Assembly: GCA_036785375.1 (NCBI GenBank)
Contig: JAWMAR010000346.1
Coordinates: 248,001-312,000 of the forward strand
Direction of reading: 5' to 3'
DNA length: 64,000 nucleotides
Source of the DNA: Leucoraja ocellata
Taxonomy: Eukaryota
Translations under genes and position numbers: made by a program
The notes under the pieces: generated by a model
The model's input: the letters and a program-made list of their open reading frames with translations, nothing else
What the model was told of the DNA's origin: nothing
Database searches by the model: none
Shown here: positions 36,499 to 50,139 of the stretch, piece after piece
Position numbering within the stretch: the first letter of the stretch is position 1
How the letters are laid out: every line of letters starts with the position of its first letter

Positions 36499-39400
36499 CT
36501 GGAATAAAAGAACATCAGTATCAAAGAAGGTGTGTGACATAAATCAGCTCATACAGAATCAAATTATGGAAAACTGCTAAGTACACTTTGACTGACACTA
36601 AAGTCCAAACATTTAACACGTTGCCTTGCCTTTGTTTGTTCAGCTAAAGCTACTGAGGTAATAGATATCCAAGGTCTTGCAAAATATCTACAGTAAACTG
36701 ATCTTCAGTTCAGAATATTTCAATTAAATCCTTGGAATCCCTGACAGCATTTTGTTTAAACAAAGTGCCAAACAGTAGTTTTTTGTCTTCAACATTTAGC
36801 CAAGCTGAGATCCCCTTTCTAAGGCTCAACCTCAGGTGTGAAAGGTTTAGAGGGATATGAATCAAACAGGGGCAAATGGGACGGGCTTAGACGAGGCATC
36901 TTGGTTGGCATGGGCGAGTTGGGCCGATGGGCGTGATTCCGTGCCATGTTGTTCCAGACCTCACGTTTTGATGCCATTTCACAGCAACTGCAGTTGACAT
37001 GTAGCATTTTCAACTTCTGTTCCATTGGGTAACGGCAAGGCTGTACCAGATGATTACCATGGAATGAACTCAAGGCTCTCCCATCTGGAACAGAGAGTCA
37101 TGGTTGAGGAGTTCCATTCAGCAGGTATTGACTGTTCTTCCAACCTTGGGAGTTCAGCTCCATTCTTGACACAGCGCCAGGCCCGTCTCAATTCTACCCA
37201 GGCTAAGGTTACTTTGTTCACAAGCCAGAAACCAGAGCTTTCATCTCAAAGCTCGTCTAGCCTCGTGATATTTTTCGCTGTTCTGTACACCCAGTGTATA
37301 CACTGTCTATTAACCATGTTAAATGTTTTTTTAATTAAAATTCTTTACACTGCGAGCCTGCTTGTCTAGAGAATCAAGCAACAACATTCATATTCCCAGT
37401 GAATGGTCACCTACAAGTCAACAAACAATTTAAGTAATTTTTAATCACAAAAGGAAATATTGCGATACTTGATTGCAGGATAAAAATCAACATAAAAGCA
37501 AATTTGATATTTATACATTATGGTTTTCTAATGGAATACAGAATGCATTTGAACAAGATCAGATTGACGAATCTGTTGGTTTTTCAACAATGATACATGC
37601 ATTTAACGTTGGTGTTCGTATATTTTGTCCTGAAAAGCTTTTGATGAAACCATCAGCTGAATTGTTTGGGAAAATTAATTCAACTTGGTTCTAAAATAAC
37701 TAAAATTAAGTAGAATAAAGTTCATTGTCAAATGTATAAGTACAGCAGAATCACAGGCATGTAGACTCAGACAAAATATAATTATGCAATATTTATACAC
37801 ATTCTGCATGATAGTGTAAAGAAAAAGCTTCAAAAATTACTCATTAGTGTAAAACACAATAGAAACAAGTCTATTTACACACTGAACTTGTTATTCTCAC
37901 GTTTATTATATTGTTGACAGTGTACTATGTTTACATATCTGTTGCGCTGCTGCAAGTAAGAATTTCATTGTGTAAGAAAGAACTGCAGATACTGGTGTAA
38001 ACTGCAGATAGACACACAAAGCTGGAGTAACTCAGCGGGACCGGCAGCATCTCTGGAGAGAAGGAATGGGTGACGTTTCGGGTCAAGACCATTCATCTGG
38101 GACATCTTGACCCTTGTACTTAACATAGACATTACAGCACAGGAATTGGCTCTTTGGCCCATGTTGTCTGTGCTGAATATGATCCCTACTTAAACTACCC
38201 CTGCTGTCTACATACACTCCACATCCCTCCATTCTCCAACATTGACGTGCGAATTTCTTAAATACTACTATTGTATCTGTTTAGACCATCTCCCACACCA
38301 GTGTTCCATGTATCTACCACTTTCTATTAAAAAAAACCTGCCCCGCATGTCTCCTCTAAACTTTCTACCTTTGACCTTATAGCTAAGTCTTCTAGCAGTA
38401 GAGTTCTTCCTGGGACATAGGTTATGACTGTCCATTTCATATCCAATTTCCAAAAGAATGGAGACTTGGAGACTATTTGAAGCAATTTGCTGCATGGAAA
38501 ATGGCCAAGGTGGTGTGTGATATTAGTCTGCCCTCCCCACAACACTTCAGGAAAGTACAATTAAAGGCAGGCAATAAAATCACAGGCAAATCAACGTTTC
38601 TGCATCGGTGACTTAGATTAAATTGATCAGTGAAATTCAGGGTAAAGCAGGAATCTAATTTTGTTATACATGCTTATTAAATTATACATGGTTAAAGCAT
38701 TTGTTGCTGTGTGAAATCAGAGTACTCTTTGGATCTTATGTAATAGTTCACAGTATGTTCTTAAATTAAACAATTTTGGTTCAGAACCCCTCAGATAATC
38801 AAATGCCAGAATTGTCTCATCTACTTTAGTTCTGCCTGGTGATTTGAACTTCATGGCTTCAAAGCCGGGTATATTCAGCAAGGTTAATAAATGCAGTTCC
38901 ATCTAAAGGTAAATTACTCACTAATCTCATCTTCAAATGTGACATTTTAAAACTACGTGCTAATGGGATCTGCGTAACATCATTCTGCTCTTCTATTGTT
39001 CTCAGTATTTTATCATTCATTGTGTCTATTTACCCCTTCGAATAGAGAACTAGCTCACTCATTTGGTGCTATTCCATCTTCTCTTTATTGCCGACTTAAC
39101 CAATGTATGAGTCTGAACAGTACACAGCTTTTTTCTTTATTTTCAACCACATGAATAATTTGTGAATACTCTGCAATAGTATGAATCTTGCTCACTATAG
39201 TTAAGTCGTAAGTAATCGAGGGTTTGTAGTCTTCATCATAGTTGAAGGTAGTCTTCATCATAGTTGAAGGAGGTCTTCAACATATCTTGTTTCAAACTCT
39301 CCTAAACTCTTCCAAACCCGCCAATTAGGTCGACAGTGGGACAGCCACTTTCCTTCACTCCAAAATTTCAACTTTCGGATATGATCTTCCCTGAACAAAG

Positions 39401-40428
39401 CCACATTGATCGTCTTATATTAATCCTCATTTTTCTAAAGAACTGTTAATAATTAAAAATGTTTTCCAGCAATATCTCTGCCTACTAACCTGGCATATAC
39501 TTTGGTTTATTTCTTTGCTGCATGAGCCATCAGTTGTGATTAGTAAATGCTTTCATTTTGTGTGCCAATCTGGGACACCAATTCACCGGGTGATCAATCA
39601 GGAACCAAATGCACACCTTTAACTGTGTGGGAATTTACAATATGATTCCCACATGCCCGACAGCATTAGTGCATAAACAGGCATCACATCGTGTCAAGGA
39701 TGCAACAGTAATCAGCAGAATAGTCCCACATTGATATATCACCTTGTAGGTAGGAACTGCAGATGCTGCTTGACCAAAGATAGACACAAAAAGCTGGAGT
39801 TTCTGGTCAGGTCTCGACCCGAAACATCACCCATTTCTTCTCTCCAAAGACGCTGTCTGTCCCGCTGAGTTATTCCAGCTTTTTGTATCTATCTATGAAA
39901 TATCACCTCCCCAGTCCCATAAGCAGTATGCCAGAACTCATGGAGGAAACCCCAGCTTCCCAATAAATGGCAGATTGGGCGACTATGGACCTCAGTCAGA
40001 ACCAATCCACAACAGCAACTCTATTTATTTTCATCAGTGGATAGAACTAACCTTCATTGTGTGACCTTATTAAAAGCCTTATGAAAATCCAAACAGACAA
40101 TGCCCACTGGTTCTTATTTATCAATTCTTCCCGTTATATCCTCAAATAACTGTAATTGGAATTGTGTTTGGCAAATCATTATTTTATTAATTCATGTTAA
40201 CTTTGTATAATTGATATATATTTTTCTGAATGGCCTGTAATCACATCCTTTCACACATTTTCCCTACCACAGCTGCTGTGACTCCACAGATTCTCTACCT
40301 CATTTCTTAGAAGGTTATAATGGAACCCTTGCAATTTTTCTGTGCCCCCCCCCCCACCCCACCCCCGCCCTAGTCATCATACTAGTTTTACTCTCATCCT
40401 GTTGTTCCTCTGTCCTTATCACCTAACC

Positions 40429-40760
40429 CAGTGATTCCCAACCTGGGGCGATGGCAAATTTCAGGGGGGGCCACAGACAAATGTTGGGATTTAGGGGGCC
40501 ACAGGTTCAATGAAAGGGGCCACAGAGCTACCACCCTGTTGCCTCCTAAATTTCAGTTCTAATAAATTTATATCTATGTAGTTGAAATATTTTTGATGTT
40601 TGTGGAATAGAATATGTGTGCAATTAATAGACACTGATATTTTTATGGAAGGTATTACAATATTGAAGTACTTTTTTTCCGCTAATAATGTCGGGGGGGG
40701 GCACAGAAAAATTAAAAGATCCCAAGGGGGCCATGAGCTAAAAAAGGTTGGGAACCACTG
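40429..40760. mobile_element. hAT (Charlie-like) MITE
   Basis: TIRs cagtgattcccaacct / aggttgggaaccactg. Perfect 8-bp TSD acctaacc. Confidence 0.92.
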
Positions 40761-41359
40761 ACCTAACCCACAGTCAACACTGGCCTATATTGTGTACCTC
40801 ATGTTGCCATGATTATCATCACTTTTTAACATATCTTCTAATAATTTAGTTTTAGTTTTAGAGATACAGCATGGAAACAGGCTCTTTGGCCCACTGTGTT
40901 CAGGCCGACCAGCGCTCCCCATACATTAACACTATCCTACACACACTAGGGTCAAATTACATTTATACTAAGCCAATTAACCTACAAACCTGCATGTATT
41001 TGTCCTAAGTGCCTTCTATATCTCTCGTTCCCCTTTCCCCCGACTCTCAGTCTGAAGAAGGGTCTCACCCCGAAACGTCACCCATTCCTTTTCTCCAGAG
41101 AATCTGCCTGTCCCGCTGAGTTACTCCAGCGTTTTGTGTCTGTATTCGTTGACATACATTTTTGCCATAACTGTAGGTTCAGATATTCTTCTTATTCCTT
41201 TGCTTTTGTTTTTCCACATTTGTTTTTTTGCTGGTTTTGGTTCTCCTTTCTAATTCTCTTGTTCCATCTTTGATGCTTTTTCTAAAAATATTACTCTTGC
41301 ATAGAGGTGGATACTTACTAAGTGGTAGGTGTAGAGCTGTACACTTGTTTACATGGACC

Positions 41360-41637
41360 GTCTCCATGGCAACCACTTAATCTGTGACTACAGTCATGTT
41401 CATCCCCTCTGTTTTCTCAGCAGGGTTCTCACTGTATGGCATTTCCAGCTCCAGCAACAACACAAACCTGACCTTACTTCGACCCCCTGACATAGCTGTT
41501 GAAAACCATTGCAGGTACAAATTGCTGGTGTGGGGCAGTAAGTTGCTAATGTTGCTTTGCGACAGAGGAAGGCTTCACTTCCACAACGCCCGATACTCAA
41601 TTACAAAATCACGACTGTGTGCGGTTTCCATAGTGAC
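41360..41637. promoter_or_regulatory. Pair of RFX X-boxes
   Basis: GTCTCCATGGCAAC at 41360-41373 and GTTTCCATAGTGAC at 41624-41637, in unique DNA. Confidence 0.5.
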
Positions 41638-42021
41638 ATGATGGGACACAGGTGGCAGTTAGTTTCCAAGGTTACTTGACTATAAAAAGAGCCATGATCG
41701 TTTTTCAAGGCTGCAATGCCAGAGTTGCCCATTTTGTGAACGTATGCCTCGAGATATTATCTCCAAATACACCCGTGCCACTGGTGCAGAATTTGCTGGG
41801 TTTAATCAGCAGTCCTGCACCCAACTGCCAGCACTTAACAAGTGCCATTAACTTCCAAGTTGAGCTCTGCTGGTGATGTAGCCACGCTATGCTGCTGCAT
41901 TCCAGAGGAACCCAGCAGTAAAGCTGGAACGTGTCCAGGTTCCCCAGCATCTGTGCTTCCAGATCTTGCACGAGGTCAAACGTGCCACAGGATCAGTGGG
42001 CTTGTTGTATTTTGAATGGTT

Positions 42022-42352
42022 TTGGCAGAGTGGCACAGCTGGTGGACCTTCTGCCTCCCAGCTCTATTGATGAGTTCAATCCTGACCTCTGGTGCTGTCC
42101 GCAGTTTGCAAGCTCTCCCTGTGACAATGTGGGTTTCCTCTGGATGCTCTGACTTCCTCTACATGAGCCAAAATAAATTGCCCCCAGTCCATAGGTGATA
42201 GAATCTTCTCCCTGTCTAGAACACAAGTCCTCGAGCGTTGATTGTATTGTGTGGAGAATAAAATAAGATTAGTGCAAAATTAGTGTAAATGGGTATTTAA
42301 AGATGATCACGGGCTCTGAGGCCTACATGGCTTTTTTTCAATTTCTATGACT
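42022..42352 (+). mobile_element. Old HE1-like SINE
   Basis: Decayed A/B boxes, V domain and tail. Confidence 0.65.
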
Positions 42353-42698
42353 CTGGGCAATTTAACGCCAATGGAAAATAAAGAATAGGGTATCATTTCT
42401 TTATAAAAACATTTGATTTATGATATTAATTTAAAATATTTGAGTGGCTTCACTGGATTTATTTTTACATGTTCCAGAATATCATGATGTACTGTATAGA
42501 AGAGACTTGACAGACCCAACTTGAGAGGAATGTAGGAAGCAGGAATTAAGTCATTTGCAGACCCCACACTACAGAAGGCTCGCCACTAGGTGGGAAAACC
42601 ATCGGGAAATCCCAAAGGGTGTATGCTCTAATATTGACAATTAGTGTGTATGCACTAATATATTTGCTGAGCGCATTAATGTGCTGAAGTCTACAATG

Positions 42699-43430
42699 AG
42701 CCAAGGAGCTCATTGTAGACTTCAGGAAGTCCAGAGGCGGCACGCACACCCCCATCCACATTAACGGGACGGAGGTGGAACGTGTTTCTAGCTTCAGGTT
42801 CCTGGGAGTCAACATCTCCGATGACCTCTCTTGGACCCACAATACCTCTACTCTGATCAAGAAGGCTCATCAGCGTCTCTTCTTCCTGAGGAGACTGAAG
42901 AAGGTCCATCTGTCTCCTCAGATCCTGGTGAACTTCTACCGCTGCACCATCGAGAGCATCCTTACCAACTGCATCACAGTATGGTATGGCAACTGCTCTG
43001 TCTCCGACCGGAAGGCATTGCAGAGGGTGGTGAAAATTGCCCAACGCATCACCGGTTCCACGCTCCCCTCCATTGAGTCTGTCCAAAGCAAGCGCTGTCT
43101 GCGGAGGGCGCTCAGCATCGCCAAGGACTGCTCTCACCCCAACCATGGACTGTTTACCCTCCTACCATCCGGGAGGCGCTACAGGTCTCTCCGTTGCCGA
43201 ACCAGCAGGTCGAGGAACAGCTTCTTTCCGGCGGCTGTCACTCTACTCAACAACGTACCTCGGTGGCTGCCAATCACCACCCCCCCCCCCCCCCCCCCCG
43301 GACACTTATTATTTTTTATTCAAATCGTTTGCTATGTCGCTCTTGAAGGGAGATGCTAAATGCATTTCGTTGTCTCTGTACTGTACACTGACAATGACAA
43401 TTAAAATTGAATCTGAATCTGAATCTGAAT
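42699..43430 (+). mobile_element. Young Rex1/Babar LINE 3' end
   Basis: KELIVDFRK...VERVSSFRFLGVNISDDLSW...QRLFFLRRLKK...FYRCTIESILT...LLPSGRRYRS...NSFFP, uninterrupted. (TCTGAA)n tail. Confidence 0.95.
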
Positions 43431-43984
43431 GGGGGTTGAAATCTCCCATTCACTGTTGAATTAGCCCTCGGTCCCCATAGTTTTAAACAGTGGGAGATGT
43501 ACATTATTTGTACATGTATAATATGCAGCTAACATTAGTTGACTGGAAGAATGGGCTCCAGACGGTGAATGTGATGATAATTTGGATCCTAACATCAAAA
43601 GCATGCAACAATAAAGTGTTATTTGTGCACATGATTAAGACTGTTTTATTTTCATAATTACTATGTTTGTGTAATGGAAGAGCTGTATCATTTTTGAGGC
43701 AAGCATGATTCAAAGATATTACTGAAGGTGCTTATTGGTCTCGGATGAAATATTTGCCTCATTGCAGGTTCATGATATTGTGGCAATGTTTGTGTTGAAA
43801 ATGAATTGATTTTTCCTGTGTGAAGATGTGGGTCGCCGTAGTCTTTGTTTTTATTCCATTGATCACATGTGTATATACTTGGCACCTTGACAAAGAACAC
43901 ATTCATGATGTTGATGGGAGCTGGACGTACATTCATAAAGGGCAAAACGTAGACACTTCAAAACCCATCTCCCTGGTTTATTAA

Positions 43985-44173
43985 GTGTTTAAGAAGGAAC
44001 TGCAGATGCTGGAAAATCGAAGGTACACAAAAATGCTGGAGAAACTCATCGGGTGCAGCAGCATCTATGGAGCGAAGGAAATAGGCAACGTTTCGGGCCG
44101 AAACGTTGCCTATTTCCTTCGCTCCATAGATGCTGCTGCACCCGCTGAGTTTCTCCAGCATTTTTGTGTACCT
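43985..44173. mobile_element. Fold-back PLE-tail insertion, subfamily B (near-perfect 157-bp palindrome)
   Basis: Palindrome 44019-44175 centred on tttcgggccgaaa. 15-bp TSD tccctggtttattaa at 43970-43984 and 44174-44188. Confidence 0.88.
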
Positions 44174-44899
44174 TCCCTGGTTTATTAACATGGATTAATA
44201 TACAGGCCAAAACTGTGGAATTTACGATCTATCATTTTAAATTGTTGATATTATGAGAGAATTTAATATTTGTAGCATTAAGCTTCTGCCTATTGCTCAT
44301 TATAAATGTATCATGACAAGTGCCCTATTACTTCCAACCTACACATTAAAGTGCTAAACATATTGATGGCATGAGAGAACATCCACATTCATTTGCTAAT
44401 TTACACACAAGATAATTGCAGATGCTTAACTGCTTTTCCGTATGCCTTGTGCAGTGTTTCTGCTTTATATGCTAACATAAAGTGCTTAAGGTGCTTTGGA
44501 GAAAGAAGCACATGGAAATAAATATACCAATATTGCTGTGGGTATGTGCGATTTTGTAGTATTACAATGGATTCTTTTCTGTTGTCAGGTATAAGTGCAG
44601 AATCATTTCGTTGGGTGTAGCATGAGGAAGGTCTTTTAATCCTTGTGGCTTTCTAGGTAAACCTCGTGCCCAGCCAGTCAAAAAAAAAAAGATCTTGTCT
44701 CCTGGCACAGATATCATCACATTAATGATGCAATTTACACATCATTGCACATCAACAATGCATTGCCAAGCTTGAGATCATTAAAAACAGCCCTCCTTGA
44801 ATGAAGACATGGTTGCTTTTTGAGCACAGCTCTGTGGGTACTGGCTGGCCAGGTTACAGCTTCAACGGCAAGGATGGAAAATGAATTAGTCAAACACCT

Positions 44900-46450
44900 C
44901 ATTGTGGCTGAACAGAAACTGGAAGAGTGAGAGAGTTATTGCAGTCCATGTTGGAATAAATGACATGGGTAGGACCAGACTGGTAACTCTGCTGAAAGAA
45001 TGTCAAGAGTTAGACTCTGCATTAAAAGGTAGTATCTTGAGAATGATCATCGCTAGATTATTCACCAAGATACTTGGAAATTGATGCAGCTGCCATCGGA
45101 TCATAAGAATGAACGAGGCTAAAAGGCTGGTGAGGAAAGAGAAGATCTTAACAACTGCCTAGCAAAGGATGGAAACTCACCTGAACAGCAAAAGGAACTG
45201 TGTCCTATTGGGGCAATTATATTAACAACATTTAAAATATTCCCATATTTATTTATTTTTTTACAGAGTGAAGGGCAAAGCAGGCAAACATAAGGAAGCT
45301 TGGATGATGTGGGAAACTGAGGCTCTTTTCCAGAGTAAGAAGGATGGATGGACAGGTATAGGCAGCTGGGATCAAGTGTGTACCTGGAGGAATTTGGGGA
45401 ACTAAGGAGCAAAGTAAGACAATAAATCTGATGGGCAAAAAGGGGACGGGAGATTGGGGCAAGTTGGGGTAAGGCTAACATTGAGGGTATGAGGAAAAGT
45501 CTTGCTCAGGTTGATTGGGGAAAAGGAATATCAGCCAAGTGGGATGTTTTTAAAAGTGTGATGACAAAAGCTCGGGATATGCATGTCCCCATTAGTGTGA
45601 TGGGCAAGGCAGGTAAACGTAAGGAGGCTTGATTGATGACAGAAATTGAGGCATTGGTCAAGAACAAGGATGCATGGGACAGGTATAGGCAGCTGGGATC
45701 AAGCGTATATCTGGAGGAGTTTCGGGAACTAAGGAGGTAGCTATGGCAGATAGCATTACGGGCAATCCCAAGAGATTTTATGAATACATAAAGGGAAAAA
45801 AGGTAGCTAGAGAGAGAGTGGCCCCCCTTAGGAATTAAAGCGGTCACCTCTGTGTAGAGCCACATGCAAAAGCCACAATGATTATTCCTCCTCTGCAGTT
45901 ACCATAGAGAAAGACAGAGGAACTTGGGACAGTCAATGGAAGTGTCTTGAGAGCAGTCAGTGCCACGGTCTAAGAGATGCTAGAGGTCCTGACGTGTTTG
46001 AAGGTAGACAAATCTGCAGGGCCTGATCAGATATATCCGAGGACACTGTGGGAAGCTAGAATGGAAATTGCGGGAGCCCCGTCTTAAATTTACACGTCAT
46101 CTTTAAATACAGGAGAGGTGCCGGAAGACTGGAGGGTGTCAAATGTTGTTCCTCTTTTCAAAAGGGGTTGCAGGGAAGGGCTGGGAACTATAAGCCCGGT
46201 GAGCTTAACATCTGTAGTCAAAAAGTTACTGGAAAGTATTCTGAGGTATAGGATATACAAGCATTTAGAGGGGCAAGGGCTGATTGGGGATATTCAGCAT
46301 GTTGTGTTGTGTATGTGGGAGGTCATGTTTCATGAATCTAATTGAGTTTTTTGAAGATGTGATCAAAAAGGATGATGAGGGCAGAGCTGTAGATGTTGAT
46401 TGATTGAAGGGGCCGAATGGCCTAATTCTGCACCTATCACTTATGACCTT
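44900..46450 (+). mobile_element. Degenerate CR1 with ORF1 esterase-like remnant and ORF2 central region
   Basis: VIAVHVGINDMGR resembles the CR1 ORF1 SGNH motif VHVGTND. ORF2 PEDWRVSNVVPLFKRG...PVSLTSVVKKLLESIL. The segment 45270-45410 is repeated (diverged) at 45600-45737. Confidence 0.82.
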
Positions 46451-47534
46451 AATCCAAACATATATGCTTCATCAAAACATTGTGAAGTTCGTTAACTAAA
46501 TTAATCTTCCAGCCTAACTTCAGCCAATGTAGTCCATGCCAGACTCATTAATTAGAGCTAATTCCAAGCTCATTAGGCCAATGTGCATTGCAGGCATGTG
46601 TACTGTTGTTAATATAATTACTTCATCAGTGCCAGCAACATCCCTTTAGTGCTTGGGTACTCCAAGAGAAGATCTGCGGGATGACGGTCGTTTATTTAGT
46701 TTTAAAATGTTCTTTATTTAAAATATACATCTTCAGAGCTCCTTAAATTATAGTTATGGCACTCATGGGGAAAATACCGTTGATAACCCACTGGGACTTG
46801 GGATGTCTTGAAGAGCGAAATGCTGGGAACATTTAGCAGATTAGGCAGAATCTGTGGAAATAGAAACAGCTAACATTTCAAGTTACCATCTGAAATATTG
46901 GCTCTCTATCAATGATGTTGCCTTTCCGCCCGCAGTCTGGAGCGGTATTTTCTGCTTTTTCTATCAAATTTTCCGCATCTGCTTTGTGATTTTCAAGACT
47001 TGGAACTTATTTGACAATTAGTCCCTGGAACCATATTGTGGCGATGCAGATCTACTTGGCATTATGCAACATTAAAACAAACGGACAATTTTATCTAAAG
47101 CAAAAGTCTTTAAACTCTACCAAGCTGCCGTGCGATACAAGCACAGCTGGCACAGACATGTAATCCTTTAGGAGTTAACATATTGTTACCTTAGAGAGCC
47201 TTTAGGCAAATATTCTCTTTTAACTTCCTTAACCCTTAGGATGTTACAAAATAAACCAGGATTGCCTAGCCAACGTGAAAAACACTAATCCACTCCCGCT
47301 GTGCCTGATGCATTCCAGACATCCATCTTCTTCCTCTTGCCTCCAGATACATACAGCAAACTTCTGCTTCAACCATTCATTCCCAGAACTGACTGAACCT
47401 CATCTGCTTAGAGGCATCAATACTACATGAGCACCTTTACCCCAGTTATTCAACTACTTCTCTCCAAACGCATCTGTTCACACCCTAGTCTCTGAAACCA
47501 CTTCTCATTAAACTGCAAACCAAATATCAATTGA

Positions 47535-48610
47535 CATCTATTAGAAACCTACTGACTCCCACAGCTATGTCGACTATGCTTCTTCCCAGTTTACTTCCTG
47601 CACAGACTCTTTCCCAATTCATCCGTTAACGCCGCATCTGCGCCCAAGATGAGGTGTTCCATACCAGGACATCCGAGGGATTCCCCTCTTCCATCATAGA
47701 TGAGGCCCTCACACATGTCTCCTCGGTACCCCACAGCTCTACTCTTGCTCCCCCTCCCCGCAGTCACAACAGGGACAAGACTTTCACCCCATCAGCCGTC
47801 GCATACAGCACATAATCCTCCAACATCTTCAACACCTCCAACAGGATCCCACCTGTAGCCACATCTTCCCATCTCCACCTTCCGCAGAGACTATTTCCCC
47901 CGCAACTCCCAGGTTAACTCATCCTTTCCCACCCTAACCACCAAGGTACCTTCCCCAACAACTGCAAGAGATGCAACACCTGTCCCTATACCTCCTCCCT
48001 CGACTCTGTCCAGGGATCCCGACAGTCCTTTCAGGTTAGGCAGAGGTTCACTTGCACCTCCTCCAACCTCATCTACTGTATCCACTGTTCCATGTGTGGA
48101 CTCCGATACATCGGGGAGACCAAATGTAGACTGTGATCATTTCACTGAACACCTTCGCTCAGTACACGTAAATCTACCAGATCTCCCAGTTGCCAAACAT
48201 TTTAACTCCACTTCCCATTCCCACATTGACCTTTATGTCCTGGGCCTCCTCCATTGTAAGAGTGTGGCCAAACGCAAATTGGAGGAACAGCACCTTGTAT
48301 TTTGCTTGGGCAGCTACAACCCAGTGGCATGATAATAGATGTTTAAGAAGGAACTGCAGATGCTGGAAAATCGAAGGTACACAAAAAAGCTGGAGAAACT
48401 CAGTGGGTGCAGCAACATCTATGGATTTCCTTCGCTCCATAGATGCTGCTGCACTGGCATGATAATAGATCTCTCTAACTTCAAGTAACCCTGGTATTCT
48501 CTCTCTCTCTATCCCTCCCCATCCTAGTCGATGTACAAGTTTCACCTTCGTCCAGGTGAGTTTTATTTTCTGTAACTCATTGGCACCTAGCCCACACCTA
48601 ACAATGGCCT
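47535..48610 (+). mobile_element. Penelope-like element (Neptune-type), degenerate RT C-terminus plus GIY-YIG endonuclease
   Basis: Translatable remnants KPTDSHSY, CKRCNTCPY (linker Zn motif), FTCTSSNLIYCIHCSMCGLRYIGETK, HFTEHLRSV, PVAKHFNS and RKLEEQHLVFCLG. Frameshifted. Confidence 0.9.
48341..48454. mobile_element. Subfamily B tail inserted into the older PLE endonuclease fragment
   Basis: 16-bp TSD tggcatgataatagat at 48325-48340 and 48455-48470. Confidence 0.82.
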
Positions 48611-50139
48611 GTTTCCTTTATAATCAATAGACGATAGACAATAGGTGCAGGAGTAGGCCATTCGACCCTGAGCCAGCACTGCCATTCAATGTGATCATCG
48701 CTGATCATCCACATTCAGTGCCCCGTTCCTGCCTTATCCCCATATCACCTGACTACGCTATCTTTAAGAGCCCTATCTTGCTCTCTCTTGAAAGTATCCA
48801 GAGAACTGACCTCCACTGCCCTGTGAGGCAGAGAATTCCACTGACTCACAACTCTTGCTAAATTCAGGGGGCATAAATGTTTTTGCCCCTGTGAATGGCT
48901 GGATATTGTTGTTCAAATGGTACCCAATTCATTCGATCTTGAAATGGGATTTCCAGCAAATGTTGATGCTCACATCATCCCATCTCAATCTCCAATTGTG
49001 ACTATCAAACATGACAACATGCACTGGAGTAAAGATGTGGCCAAACACTGCAGTAGACCAATGTATGTGGAGAGTTTTTAAACAGGTTCATAACACTCTA
49101 GGAATATTACAAATGGAGACTTGCATCCATTCCAGTTGTGCAATAATCGGCAAAACGTCACCCCTTTTGTTTCTCCAAAATGCAGTTGAATTGTGCCATG
49201 AATTCTGCATGAAGTCTAAATTTTGGATCTAACTGCATACAGCCAATACAGCTTTCTCATCTACCCAAACATTGCTGGTAGGATAGACATTAAGAAGATA
49301 TTGTTATTGTAATTACGGTAGGTTACTTTACATTCAAGGTAGTGGAAGATATGTCCTTCTTACACATTTTTTTTTAAAAGCTTTGAAAGTATTGTAGTCA
49401 TTGTGCCAAGAGATTGAAGTACTCCTTATTAGAATTGCTTTCTATTTACAACAGTGGATGCCACAAGGCAGAGCTGTCAGGCACAATCTGCCAGAATGAA
49501 GAGTCACCCTCTTTTAACTCAGCTGTAAAAAGCCACAGTCACAGCCTGAGAGCAACAGTTCCGAGTTGAGTGCTTCATTTTCCCACACCAACAAATATGT
49601 GTTCCCTGAGTAAGATTGGCAATTTAGGCACAGTCTTGGCTAGTGTCCATAACGAGAGATTAAAACTCATGCCATGCAATAATTTCCTCTAAAGAAAACC
49701 CCACTGTACTTAGATTCTCACATTTTATAACAGAATTGTTTTTAACCCGGGATAATTCCAAACTTACTGGCACTGAGTAGGGTTTCACATGCAGCATCTG
49801 AGAGAGAGAGAGTGATTCATTTGGTTTGGATGTGCATGAAACAACTTCAAAGATTTGTTTTGTTCTATTGATGAAAAGGGATGAATTTCGTTTTCTTGCT
49901 TGAGCACGGCAGTCTTTCTATTTTTGGCCTTGATAACAATTTCCTGAACAACTATATGCAACCATTTACAAAGACAACAAAAAGATTTTATCATTGATAA
50001 ATCTACAATAATCATACCGTTTGTTGTTCATCCATGTTGCTAACCTTGTATAACAATCCTTGTGCCAACTTTTTTTAACAATTCAATGAACAGGCTATAT
50101 ATCTTTCCTCTCATCTCTGGAATACTCTGATTATTCTTA

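Noticed and set aside
39227-39272. 22-bp tandem duplication gtagtcttcatcatagttgaag
   Set aside because: Only two full units inside a degenerate MITE-like remnant.
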